DNA of 60,318 bases, filler included, from Nemertoderma westbladi (lineage: Eukaryota > Animalia > Xenacoelomorpha), in the NCBI GenBank assembly GCA_032718475.1. It is 2 parts of 2 records of this genome, joined end to end, with 100 filler letters (N's around TTAATTAATTAA, not from the genome) between each part and the next. Parts side by side here need not be neighbours in the genome. Positions count along the whole stretch, not along the records: positions 1 to 31,832 come from JAUCBJ010001156.1; 1 more part is not named here. One strand, written 5' to 3'. The position numbers were made by a program, and so were the translations under genes. Every line of letters begins with the position of its first letter. Positions within the stretch are counted from its first letter, which is position 1. Below the pieces are notes generated by a model that did no database searches, was not told where the DNA came from, and was given only the letters and a program-made list of their open reading frames with translations. Shown one piece after another: positions 1 to 11,544 of this stretch.

Positions 1-121
1 TGCATATTATTAGGTAATGGAGCCCATAAGGGGACAAAAGAAGCACTAAGTTACTGTTTCGATTTTTTTGTTCCTTGAGGGACTTAGAATATTGTCACAT
101 TTAAGGACCTTGTTGGGGTCC

Positions 122-309
122 TAACCGTTATAAACTACACCGGTAGGTTGCTAGGTAACCATTATAAACTACACCAGTAGGTTGCTAGGTAACCGTTATA
201 AACTACACCGGTAGGTTGCTAGGTAACCGTTATAAACTACACCGGTAGGTTGCTAGGTAACCGTTATAAACTATACCGGTAGATTGCTAGGTAACCATTA
301 TAAACTATA
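122..309. repeat. 34-bp minisatellite (TAACCGTTATAAACTACACCGGTAGGTTGCTAGG), ~5.5 copies
   Basis: Unit recurs with 34-bp period starting at 122, 156, etc.; few substitutions. Confidence 0.95.
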
Positions 310-514
310 GTTTATCTTCCCTCAATAATAGCTGAAGTTCCTTGTAGTTTTTCCGTAAAAATTAATGTTACCGTCTTTTCCTTTCGGATTTGAGAAAAAT
401 TTAATTACAGAGAAAAATAAATATTAAAAGCGGATCGATTTATAACAGATTATTAAAAAGCTACTAAATTATATTTGGGATATCATACGGACTGTTCGAC
501 TCGAGGGCGGTAGT

Positions 515-3502
515 CTATTCGGGGAAGCCGTAAACCGGGTCGTTACACAGCCAATCCAAGACGTCCTCCTTGCCCTTCTTCTTGGTTACCTTGGTAACGG
601 GAGGCGAATCAAATGGATTCATTATACCGAGGGGGTAGTTAACCTTCTTAGCGGCGCCCACCCGGAAATTCTTCATCGCGGGTTTATTCGCGGCGCGGGA
701 TTGTTTCGTCGTCCCTTTGGATGGCGCCATCATGACGAAGGCGTCGCCGTCGTCGTTGGAAGTCTCGTGTTCGGTTTTCTTGTATTTCCTGGATCTATTG
801 GCTTTGGGGGCAGCGGCTGGCGGGGCTAATATCTCCCGCGGTTTCCTCGGCGACATTTGGACGCCGTTCCGCTTGTTGTAGCCGCCGAGACGCGGGGACC
901 TCGGGGCCCGATGCATCGCGATCTCGGAGAAACTCACGGCCACCGATACGCCACTAGCGTTGGAAGCGGCATCCTCGTCCGCTCTATCCACCATCGAGTC
1001 GGTCTCCATGGGTGTCGCGGGGGGGACCGCAGCCCCCCGTCTGGGGGTCGCGGCGACCAGCCGCGGGGTAGACCTCCGGTTGTCCGCCAACCCCGGTTGT
1101 TTGGGGGTCGTCGTCGTCGGGCCGCAATCCGCCCCGAATCTCGGCTGGATCTGGTAGGATCTCGTCGGTTTCGGGGTCGCCATCTCCCTGTATCGCAGCA
1201 ACTCCGTCTCCAACACGGACAGCCTCTCCTTCGCCTCCAGTAACTCCCCTTCGCTCTGCTGTGCTCTCTCCGCATCTCGATTGGCAGACTCGGTGGCTCT
1301 CTCGTATAACTTATTCGCAGCATCCAGCTGGGAGGCCTTCACGTTAATGTCGCTGTTCAGTCGCCCCACGCTCACAGATAACTCCCGAACTTCCGCCACT
1401 TCCTTCTCCAACGATCTCTTCGTTTCGTTATGACTCGTAACTTCGGAATCCCACCTCCTCTCTATATTCTGATACGCCTCATCGAAGCGACTTTTCATTA
1501 GTTCAACCTCCTCCTTACCGCGGTCCACCATCTCTTTGTATTCCTCCCCCAGTGTGTTGATTCTCGCATTGATTATATCAATATCCGCGTCTTTATTGCC
1601 AATATTCTCCGTAAGATTTCCTATAGCAACGTCTTTATCTTTCACCAAATCTTCCAACGTTTTTATATTATCTTCTAATTCGGCCACAACTTTACTGTAA
1701 CGTTCCGTCGCCTCTGCAGCAGCTGCAACCAGCTCTGCGTTCTCGGCGGTAGAACTTCTTATGATTTCCGCCGAGCGCTTTTCATCCTCTTCCAGCCCTT
1801 TTATCTTATCATCGAGCTTTGCGGTTAACTCGTGAACGTCTTCTTTGTACTTCTCGGAATTCGCCTGGAAAGCCGCGATGATTTTGTGCTTCTCTTCCAC
1901 GGCCCTGGTGACGTCATGCATTTGCGACGTGGTGTTCCGCATGTTGTTTTCTATAGATTGTAATTCTTCACAAACTTCAGCTTTGCTCCTCTCCATATCA
2001 GCGAGTTCTTCTTTAATATCACATATCGCGGCGTCTTTATTGCCAATAACAGTAGCAGCTTCTTCTAGTTCCTTCGAGACATTGATTTTCTCCTGTTCGC
2101 ATACTGCCAATTGAGACCGAAGATTATCTATAACATCTCCGCGTTCTCTAATGCTTTCATTCGCCGAACTTATATTATCTTCCAGATAATTTATCTCGCT
2201 TTCTTTATCGGCTATTTTCTGCCTAAGTTCCTCGATGCAATTGTTGTTATCGGCATCCAACCTCTCTTTCTCATCGACTAGAGCAGCTAAGTTTGCTTGG
2301 GTTTCTGATAATTTACAGGCAGATGATTTGGAAGCGGCGCTGAATTCATCAGCTAATAGCGACTTATCGATTACAAGCTGCTGATGAAGGATCTCAAGTT
2401 CCTTGAGTTCTTTATCTTTATTCAATAACTCCAACTCAACTGCCACCAGCTTCTCTCTGATAACATCGACTTCCTCAGTTAGAGAAACAATATTTACTGT
2501 CATTTTATTCTCCAAATCTCGCATATTAGCTTCACTAACAGTGAGTTTTTCCTCACAACTGTGCAGCTCATTCTTGAGATTCTTTATTTGGGTCTCTGAA
2601 TTTATGATGGATTTATCGAACTCGGTTTTCATATTGTTCCAACGCTCCGTAAGACCTATTATTTCTAGTTTACATTCCGTGTTCGCCGCTTCCAATTCAA
2701 CATTCTTTCCTTCTTCCTTTTTCAGATTTTCTTTCCACATTGCAATCTCAGAATCTAAAGCCGTCTGCTGCTGCTCCAATGAGGTAATTTTATTTTTCAA
2801 AGCAAAAGATTCTTCATCAAAAGCAGCAAAGGCTTCGGATTTACTTTTAATTTCCCGTTCTAGCTTCACCTTAACTACGGAATTATCATTGTGTAACACT
2901 TCTAACTTTGAGTTGCAGTCGTGTAGTTCCTTGGTGAGGGATTCCTTTTCGTTTAAGAGTGATTCCATAGCTGTCTGGCATTGGGTTCGCTGCGATTGTA
3001 ACTCAGCTACATCACTATTGTACTGGTCGGTCCGCTTCGCCAGTACACAGGTCATATCATCTTTAATTTTCTTGTGAGTTAAAGATAAATTCTCGAATTT
3101 CGATGTCAAATCCTTAAACTTTGAAGAGTATTCGTCGGTTTGGTTTTGGAGAGAATTGCGGTTGTAATCGTACTCATCACATATGCTGGCGATACCCTCG
3201 GCATATTGCTTCAGGAATTCGCACATTCCCCTAGTAGATTCTATACGAGAAGAGATCTCCTGCTTACAATTAACCTCTTCTTCCAATTTGCCAGAAAGCT
3301 GATCTTTCTGCACCTCCAAATCAACCAGGTTCTGTCGTTGACATGCTATCAGCGTCTTTGCATCGTGTAATTCCCTGTCCCTTTGTTTGGCTCCTATTTC
3401 AACCTTGGCGTTCCATTTCTGAATCTTTTCGACTTCCTTGTAAAGCTTTTCATGAATACCGACCATAGGTTCAGTTCGCGTAGCGGTTTTTTCTGTATTC
3501 AT
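515..3502 (-). CDS. SYCP1: Synaptonemal complex protein 1-like transverse filament protein, 995 aa in one exon (small 5' exons possible)
   Basis: N-terminal KLYKEVEKIQKW...Q..DLE.QKDQLSGKLEEEV...TRGMCEFLK matches the conserved SYCP1 N-terminal motif (vertebrate KLYKEAEKIKKWK...QELQF.NEKVSLKLEE...TRHLCNLLK). It is followed by ~700 aa of coiled coil and a basic S/T-P-rich C-terminal tail. Confidence 0.85.
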   Translation of the reverse strand: MNTEKTATRTEPMVGIHEKLYKEVEKIQKWNAKVEIGAKQRDRELHDAKTLIACQRQNLVDLEVQKDQLSGKLEEEVNCKQEISSRIESTRGMCEFLKQYAEGIASICDEYDYNRNSLQNQTDEYSSKFKDLTSKFENLSLTHKKIKDDMTCVLAKRTDQYNSDVAELQSQRTQCQTAMESLLNEKESLTKELHDCNSKLEVLHNDNSVVKVKLEREIKSKSEAFAAFDEESFALKNKITSLEQQQTALDSEIAMWKENLKKEEGKNVELEAANTECKLEIIGLTERWNNMKTEFDKSIINSETQIKNLKNELHSCEEKLTVSEANMRDLENKMTVNIVSLTEEVDVIREKLVAVELELLNKDKELKELEILHQQLVIDKSLLADEFSAASKSSACKLSETQANLAALVDEKERLDADNNNCIEELRQKIADKESEINYLEDNISSANESIRERGDVIDNLRSQLAVCEQEKINVSKELEEAATVIGNKDAAICDIKEELADMERSKAEVCEELQSIENNMRNTTSQMHDVTRAVEEKHKIIAAFQANSEKYKEDVHELTAKLDDKIKGLEEDEKRSAEIIRSSTAENAELVAAAAEATERYSKVVAELEDNIKTLEDLVKDKDVAIGNLTENIGNKDADIDIINARINTLGEEYKEMVDRGKEEVELMKSRFDEAYQNIERRWDSEVTSHNETKRSLEKEVAEVRELSVSVGRLNSDINVKASQLDAANKLYERATESANRDAERAQQSEGELLEAKERLSVLETELLRYREMATPKPTRSYQIQPRFGADCGPTTTTPKQPGLADNRRSTPRLVAATPRRGAAVPPATPMETDSMVDRADEDAASNASGVSVAVSFSEIAMHRAPRSPRLGGYNKRNGVQMSPRKPREILAPPAAAPKANRSRKYKKTEHETSNDDGDAFVMMAPSKGTTKQSRAANKPAMKNFRVGAAKKVNYPLGIMNPFDSPPVTKVTKKKGKEDVLDWLCNDPVYGFPE

Positions 3503-5690
3503 AATCGTTCCAATGGAGATGTCTCTTTATAGATAATGTAAATAGAAGATATATAGAAAGAAGACCTTTACTCTTGTTGTGCCTGATAAGTAGGGCCTAG
3601 TCGGCCTATTTCTATATTAATTACACGTGTAGAGTGGAAACCTACCCTACATACTGTACTCAGACCCCGGTCAAGAACAATAGTTAACATCATATATAGG
3701 TAGTAGACAGATACATTCACTTTTCTTCACTTCATTCACTTTTAGCCAATTTTAACACGCCCTGATTGCGACCTATAAAGACAGCACAGTACATTATTCC
3801 TGCAATGGAATATCCTGAGTTCGGCAAGAAATGGCCAAGAAATACAAATAGACAAGAAATAAAAAGAGCAAACCAATGTTAAACGCGGATGAACAAATTA
3901 TTTAAATTTAACAGCTTTTATTATTATATTATATTATCCATTAATATACCCGTATGACTATGAGTGTCTAGGCCTTCAGTAGGCCTACCTAGTAAAACCC
4001 ATGCCCCGGAATATAGTGCCAATTGAGTGGCTTGGAACCTACCAAAATCCACCCCCATCCCCCACCTTCAAACTTTTTCTATAAATCTTAATTACAGCAG
4101 ATTGCATGAACTTCTTCTTAATTCTTCCTTGGTGACATTGAAAGCAAAAATAAAAATTATGGCGTATCCAGGAAGGAGGAGAGAGGTGAAACTAACTCTG
4201 TTTCAATTTTCTTACAATCTTATTTAGAAGGCCTATTTGTAAACAAATTTGGGGGGGGGGGGGTTGGGCGGGGTGCTCTAAGCCACAAGCCTCTGAATTA
4301 AGACACTATCCTCCGACGCATGGTGTAGAAGGATGCTTAAATATGAAGGAGATAACATGTTGTATGCGATAGGTCTACTAGGCCTATAAAGGGTGTGACA
4401 TGGGCAGGGTGGGGAGTTTGGCTACAAACTGACAAATTAATACCTATAGGCCTAGCTATACCTATGTACATGTATAACCTATGCATAAACAAACAAAGCA
4501 AAAAAAATATGGGCATGAGTGCAGCCAGAGTAGGATACAGTACCGGTAATCTTCTCACTTGTCCTTTTGAGTCTGAGCAGTAATGTACCCTATCGCTATC
4601 AGCCTATAGGCCTACCATTGCCAGCAGCTGTGTAGGCCTAATGACTGAATGATGCGGATATAACTTTCAGTTTAAATAACCTGTCAGTATACTAACAGAT
4701 GCTGCAACCTGGACCTACCGGACTGGTAGGTTTACACTGCAGTGGTAAGCTTATACCGGTAAACTTGTCATGAGTCATGCGTCAATTAGTAAAGTGCACT
4801 ATAATAATCGAATTTCAACCGGACAATCAAATTGTCTAACTGTATTCCTGGCTAAAGACTGCTGACTTTCGTACTGGGTACCGGTACTAAATACTTTCAC
4901 TTTCGATATAAACAATAAGATGTGCACAGTTGGTACAGTTACTGTATCAACTGCCATACCCATGTCTATTAATAGTTTGAATTCATAATGTCAATTTTCA
5001 TAACACAAATCACATTGATTATAATTTAGATTATCATAATCAACCACAATCTACGGTGCTGATTGCGGCAAATTATTTCAATTTTTTGAATTCTTGTTCA
5101 CCCGGATGAAAAACATTTATCACTCGGGTGAAAAACATTTATCACCCGGGTGGAAACGTGTTTCAGAAAGTTATCGGCTGGAATTTTGATATTTTTGTTC
5201 TTACAAACAAATTTTCCGATTACAGTCGAAAATTCGTTAATATTTTGACAAATATTCATTAATATTAATTAATTTTCAGAAATAAGCTAAACTAAAAATG
5301 TTAACCGATACCTTTTGTGGAGCGCTCCTCCGTAATTCGAAAAAAATTTGTTTCAGTGAATTTCACCTCCAGATTGGATGACTAAGGACTTAACATTTTA
5401 ACCGCTAATTCATTGACCGCGACTGAGGGATTGAGGACTGGGGATTGAGGGCGACTGGAAATTGGAACAATTTTCAAAAAACTATTAATAATGTATACTG
5501 TATATCGATACGTATCGATATGTATACTATAATGTAATACTGTATAAAAGATACCAACTACAGTATAATAAGATAGAAACCGTGTTATTGCCCAGTCGGG
5601 TGAACAATCTCAGTAATTTTCAGGGAGTGTAGTAGTAGCCTACAGTACAGTCCGTTATTTACAATATATCAGTAGCACCATATCAGCTCC

Positions 5691-8600
5691 TTATGACTCA
5701 TCACCGGAACTGTATGCTTCTGTTGTTGCATTGCTGACAGCGGACGTTTCTCTTTGTCTCCCTACCCCGGAGTCCTCCCACTCGGGTGTTGAGTCATCGT
5801 CGTTATCCGCACTTCCGGTCTCTAACGGAGCTAAAGTCTGAATGTTGTAGTTCACTAACCGGTCACCAATGATTCCAATGTGTGGGTCTATATCAACTGC
5901 AAATACAAAGGAATTGAAGTAAACCTATGAAATTATTTGCCCCGTGAGAAGTACACCAGTTTTCTGATCTTGTATTTCACTTTGCAGTTTACCACGTGAA
6001 GTTTACCATGTGAAGAATATCACGTTTGCACTAAAAACCAAGGTTACAGAGGCCCTGAATAAAGAAAACGAATTAATTAGTATCTGTAGGCTACATGATA
6101 TACAATTTAAATGAGCACTATAAAACAATAAATGGGGGGGAAATGAAAAGAAATATAATTGAAAATGGCGCAATTATTGATTGTACATGAGTCTGGCTAC
6201 TGTATAAAAGCCTGTATACACCGGTAGCATAAACGACCGCCGTATAAAATCAACTAGTCTGTATACAGACAGTAGAGTAGACCAGGCCTACACGTTATGC
6301 GAATATCCTCTTTACCTGGAGTTTTGCTTGCAGGGCTGGGATCAAATGGAGTCGACATTTGTTTATTATTAGAGAACAACCACTCTGCATCTTCGATGGT
6401 ACTCGGTAATAAACTCGTTAACAGAGGTGATTTCTGGTTGATAATCTGTTGGAAGGAATGTTCATGGACTTGAAGGTCGAAATACAGAATACAAAATTAA
6501 ATTTTCTATGCGCTGTTACTTACTTGTAAGGCAGGTATGAAGTAATACAACACTCAGCTGAGGGGGGGGGGGGGGGGGGGGGTGGGGGGGTACAGTTGGG
6601 GGTGAAAATTTGACCACTGCTCAAGTAATAATTCATTAATATCGAACCTTCATTATTGCCGGTCCTTCAATGACTTTGGCGCGCGGTTTAGTCGATTTAG
6701 GAATCTTCTCCGAGTTTTTTAAGTTATCAGCCCGAAATTTATACGTGTCCTTAATGTCTTTGTCCGCGATTTTTCTTTTATTTGAAGGATTAAAATTCTC
6801 ACTTCGCATTAATCGGCCAACCTATGAAGAACATAAATAAAACAAAATGAGAATCATTTGAATATAATATATAACTTAGTAGATAGGGTACAACTTGTTT
6901 TGTGCACAATGTGCCGCTTTGGGCATTACGAAAAAATGCCCGCACAATTTATTACCCTCAATGAAAACCACAGTTTGATTTGTAATCTCATAAAAAGCAC
7001 TTGTGAAAGGAACAATTAAAAGGATATTATCTTACTTTTGGTTAAAATGCAAAACGAATGCGAGATAGGTTTGAATGCGACCCCTAGGGGGTTAGTACAG
7101 TAATTATTCAAGTGAGTTTTATTACTTTTTTTTTATTAACTTTACCTCTTTTTTTACGAGTTCAAAGTTACATCTTTTAAAGGCGACCCAAACAACGTAT
7201 GTTGAATAGCTATAAACTGTTTCATAAAGAGATCGATCTTTGTACATGTTCGACACTCGCTTATTCCCACATTCCATGTGATGATGGAATTGGAGTCCAT
7301 CCAAACCCAGTACTAGAACGCAGTAGGACTGCGCCAGTATACGTTGCATTACCTAATGGGTGGCAGATAATATAGATGATTTATACAATAATATAATACA
7401 GTATGTAGTTGTTTAATTAATTTAAAATATAAAAATGTAGGTATATTGGTTCTCTGGGTTGGTATATTGGTGTATTGGTATATATATTGGTGGTATGTAT
7501 ATTGGTGTATATATATTGGTATATTGGGTATATTGGTATATTGGTTCTCTGCATTAGGTACTGGAATTAGGCTGGTTTACTTACATCTTCAATCTTTCAT
7601 TTATTTGAAATATTTACGTATTATATACATTTACAGTTTTATGATTTCGCTAGAGAGATGGTGAAAAACATGACATAATAATTTTAAGGTAATTTGAATT
7701 ATTAACTCCCGTACAACAGTGGTTAGTGCTTATTTCCATTACCGATGGCGTCCACAGCAAAAATATAGACCTACAAAGAAGCTCAAGTGAGAAGTAAAGA
7801 ACTACAGAAGAGCAAATAAAGACACCCGATACTGGGGAAGAGTTATGGGAGTGACGTACAGTATTTTTGTAGAAAGGAACGACTGTTTTCTAAAGTTACG
7901 TCCGCAGGAAGGAAAAATACAGGATCACGTAATGTGTACTCTATAGTACATTCACTAAGCGGTAGCCGGGCACTGCACTACTGTAAGTCATTGTTAGGTT
8001 CAATCGTTACTGTCACACTTGTGGTCGTGATTAGACTACCTACAACATAGCCTACTATACTATTATTTATAGAGGGTTATGGACTACACTCACTCACCTT
8101 CTCTCTTTCTCTCAGTTCAGCTAGATGTTGTTTATCTTGTTGGCTCGGTTCTGTTACCATCCCCCGTGGTTTCTCTTCCCAAGCAATTCGTTGAAATAAT
8201 ATCCCAAAGTAATTTAGCAAACACATCAGGAAGTGGTCAAACTGTTTCTTAGAATTGAGATCTTCGAATGTTTGAGCTAATGACGCCACTTCCGATAACA
8301 TATCCTGAGCAACAGTTTTAACATCAGCTAGTGTCACTAAAAGTTGAATAGCAAAGCTTTAAGGGTTGCATGCACTAAGATGTTATACTATTAACCACAA
8401 ATTTAAACATTTTCAAACAGTAGCACGAAATTTTTAAATACCTTAGCAAAACTTTCCACTTTCCAGACAACAGCCTGTTTGATACATATTGTTTTGTTAT
8501 TATTTACATGTTTTGAAATATATTTATCGGATCCGCGGTTTTGTATTTTTATTGATAAACGACACTATAAATTATTATTGTTAGACTTTGTCATACTTAA

Positions 8601-8825
8601 TTAATACATTCACCACTCACCTACTGCGTCCAGGATGTCTGTTGGTCGAATGGAAGCCCGTTTAGCTCGGGTGTAGCTAGCCAATAGTCTGTTTGTATGA
8701 TCGGTTGTCTGGGCAACCCCACGACCACCGTGACCCCTAGCCCGTTTACCATCTGTAGTACACGAGGATACAAACTCTAATGTGTTGGTTTCATCTTTCC
8801 ATTCCCATCGACCAATCGTAGCCAT
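5691..8825 (-). CDS. PPP1R36: Protein phosphatase 1 regulatory subunit 36 (C14orf50 family); exons 8825-8621, 8336-8098, 7352-7146, 6821-6648, 6445-6316, 5896-5691
   Basis: GT-AG junctions join in frame. Peptides GRWEWKDETNTLEF, VTLADVK, FDHFLMCLLNY, QRILAQSYCVLVLGL..HHMECG, VGRLMRSENFN, PAIMKIINQKSP and IGIIGDR match PPP1R36 motifs in order. TAA stop at 5693-5691. Confidence 0.9.
7437..7550. repeat. GGTATATT-type low-complexity microsatellite in PPP1R36 intron
   Basis: Degenerate repeats of (t)ggtatat(t). Confidence 0.8.
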
Positions 8826-11544
8826 TGTAACCTTGGTTACCAGTACAATACGCTACTATCTTCAGAAAAACTCAACGTTTTTAAATATTTAGGCCTCTTC
8901 TTCAAACAGTAAAACAAATTCTCACTAATACTCAACTTTCAGACTCAAAGCAAGATAAAACTGGTATTTTGGAGCCCCGAAAGAAGTCTGTGAAGTTCAA
9001 AGAGACAGAATATAAATGAAAAATAGGAATTTCTACAGAATAAAATATAATTCGCGATTGCTTGGAGACATCACCGAATGAATGAATTAAAGCATAAATA
9101 AATTATTGGAATTTGTAACAATATGATTTACTAATGTACTGCACTATTGTTTGAAATACAGTCAAATTCAGTCAGTGCCAATAATAATAATAATATGCTA
9201 TCAAACTTAGATAAACAAGGCAGCTTATTGGAATATAGAGCAATCCGTTGCCATAGTCACCAACATAATAGAGAATCCCAATTCCACCATATAATATTGC
9301 CTCGTTGGGCTGCTACCTTCCTTTACAACTGATTAATTAACATGACTAAGGGGACTTGTACTTTATCTTCGGGTCAGAAATAAAGAAGGGGGAATTAAGA
9401 ATTGGTCCCCGTACATTGTGACCAATGTTTGGTCGCTTGTGGGTGTCCCACTCACACACTTTGGATCAGTTACGTACGATACATACAATTGAGACACGGT
9501 AGCCTTCGAAAGGGGCTGGATTAAAACGACCCTATTAACGACGATATTAAATGTATATATAAAATTGCATAACTCTAGTGTTACGTTTTTCTACTTTAAG
9601 GCGAGACAGAGTCTCAAGCGAAAATACCGACCCCCCCCCCCCCCCCCCCTCACCGGTTACAATACGCGGGGGGGGGGGGGGGGGGGGTTATTGTCCTCTC
9701 TGGGTAATTCCAAAGGGTACGAAATTCCCCACTTCTTAGATTAGAGCCTCACGTTAAGGGTTATGGTTACGTGAGAGTTTTAAACATATTAGAACAAATA
9801 GCCGAATATGGGGCGTTCATAAGGTATGTCACGCAAACTTTCCCGCTTTTTGAGCGACCATCACTTGGGATCATGGTGATTTATGGCAACAAATCTGATG
9901 GGCTGGGTTAGATACCCTCATATACAGTAGTGGAGAGGTTGGATTAATCAACTTCTTATACTTTACCCACCAAGTGATAATAAAATAATAAAAATGATTT
10001 GACATAGTTCAGTTAATCTGTTAACCTATTATATTGGCAACTATGCAGAAGAGCATAGTTTAATCACTCCATAGTCATTGGACTACAGATTGTCTCAACA
10101 TATTTTGGTAAAATCCTACCAATAGTTTACCTTGTTGTTATGTAAAATCCATGTTGCTATAAGGAGATAAGAAAATGAAAGGTGATTCGCTTAATTTATT
10201 TTATAGAACTTTTTCTTGGTATAAAATATTATGATATTTTAGAATATAAAAATGTAGTTTGGCTGAATTGCGGATTAGTTTTAGGATGTAAACTCTTATT
10301 AGCTAGATTGACTGGACTCCAGTATAGGCCCTACTATCAAAAAACAAAACAACATTTTCAAACAGATATGTGTATTTAACTTTCAACAATTAGGCCCGTT
10401 AGTTCTTTGATGGTAGGCCTATGTGATGTGCGACACTATCTGCACAGTGGATACAGCCACCATGTTTCACGCGTCCACCGATAACTTTCTTTACTTTTTA
10501 CCATTACATTATCATACTGGTAACATTTTTTATTGAATCTCATAAATATTGTTTATAATAATTATTTATTGCAAAACATTTTGAACTCTGGCCCATTATT
10601 TTCACTATTCTCAAGATGTTTTAATTACCGAGTGTAGCGAGGTAGTCAGCATAGTTATTTAACATGTAATACGCAGTTTTATGATTAAATCGAAATTTAA
10701 TTACAGGACGTCATTTATATAAACTTCATATAGGCAAAGGCATTAAGCATATTCCTAAAGAAATCTTGTCAAATTCTAGAACAAATTAATGTTTTAAGAG
10801 CCGTTATTTCAAAAACTTAAGGAATGGCTTATAAAATAATTCATAAGATTTATTGCGAATGTAAACCACAATATTGCCAATATAGTCGTGCTCTACATTA
10901 ATTATGCGATACTTTGTGAAACAAATGAAGGTGAACCATATTACATTTGAAAATACTGCAAGTATAAGGGGTGGTTCATAAAGTATGTCAAGCAAGATCG
11001 ACCCCCCCTCCCCCCACACCAAAAACATTTTATATCAATAATGTGTTATGCCAAAATACAATATAAATTCAATCACTATCTATATTTTTCCCACGGGCAA
11101 GTCAAATGTTCATCTGTATTAATATCAGATATTACAGAGTCGGAGTCAATGTCAACCGTCAAGCTAACATTATAGCATAGAACACCGCCGTGACCGTCAC
11201 AAAAGTCGACAATCCCCCCTGTCACAATATGTCACGCTAGCTCGACCCCCCCCCCCCCCCCCCCCCCCCTCAAAACTTTATCAATGATAGTAACAATGTA
11301 GCCCTCGATCAATTCCTAATACTTTATGATCGCCCCCTACCCTACCATGTCACAAACCACCTAATTATATTTAAATTCATATTTATTTAAAGGTCACCCA
11401 AAAATTTATTAGCTAAAGATTAACGAATAAGAACAAATACGTAAATACACAAACATATAACGGTATATACAAACTCCTAAACATATATTAATACTGCTAA
11501 TTACAAAAGTACCAAGTATAGCGCAGCCGTCAATATTAGTTGAT

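Noticed and set aside
857-3370. Overlapping ORFs antisense to or frameshifted within SYCP1 (likewise within PIX, 11540-13366)
   Set aside because: Shadow ORFs of GC-rich coding sequence with no recognisable domains.
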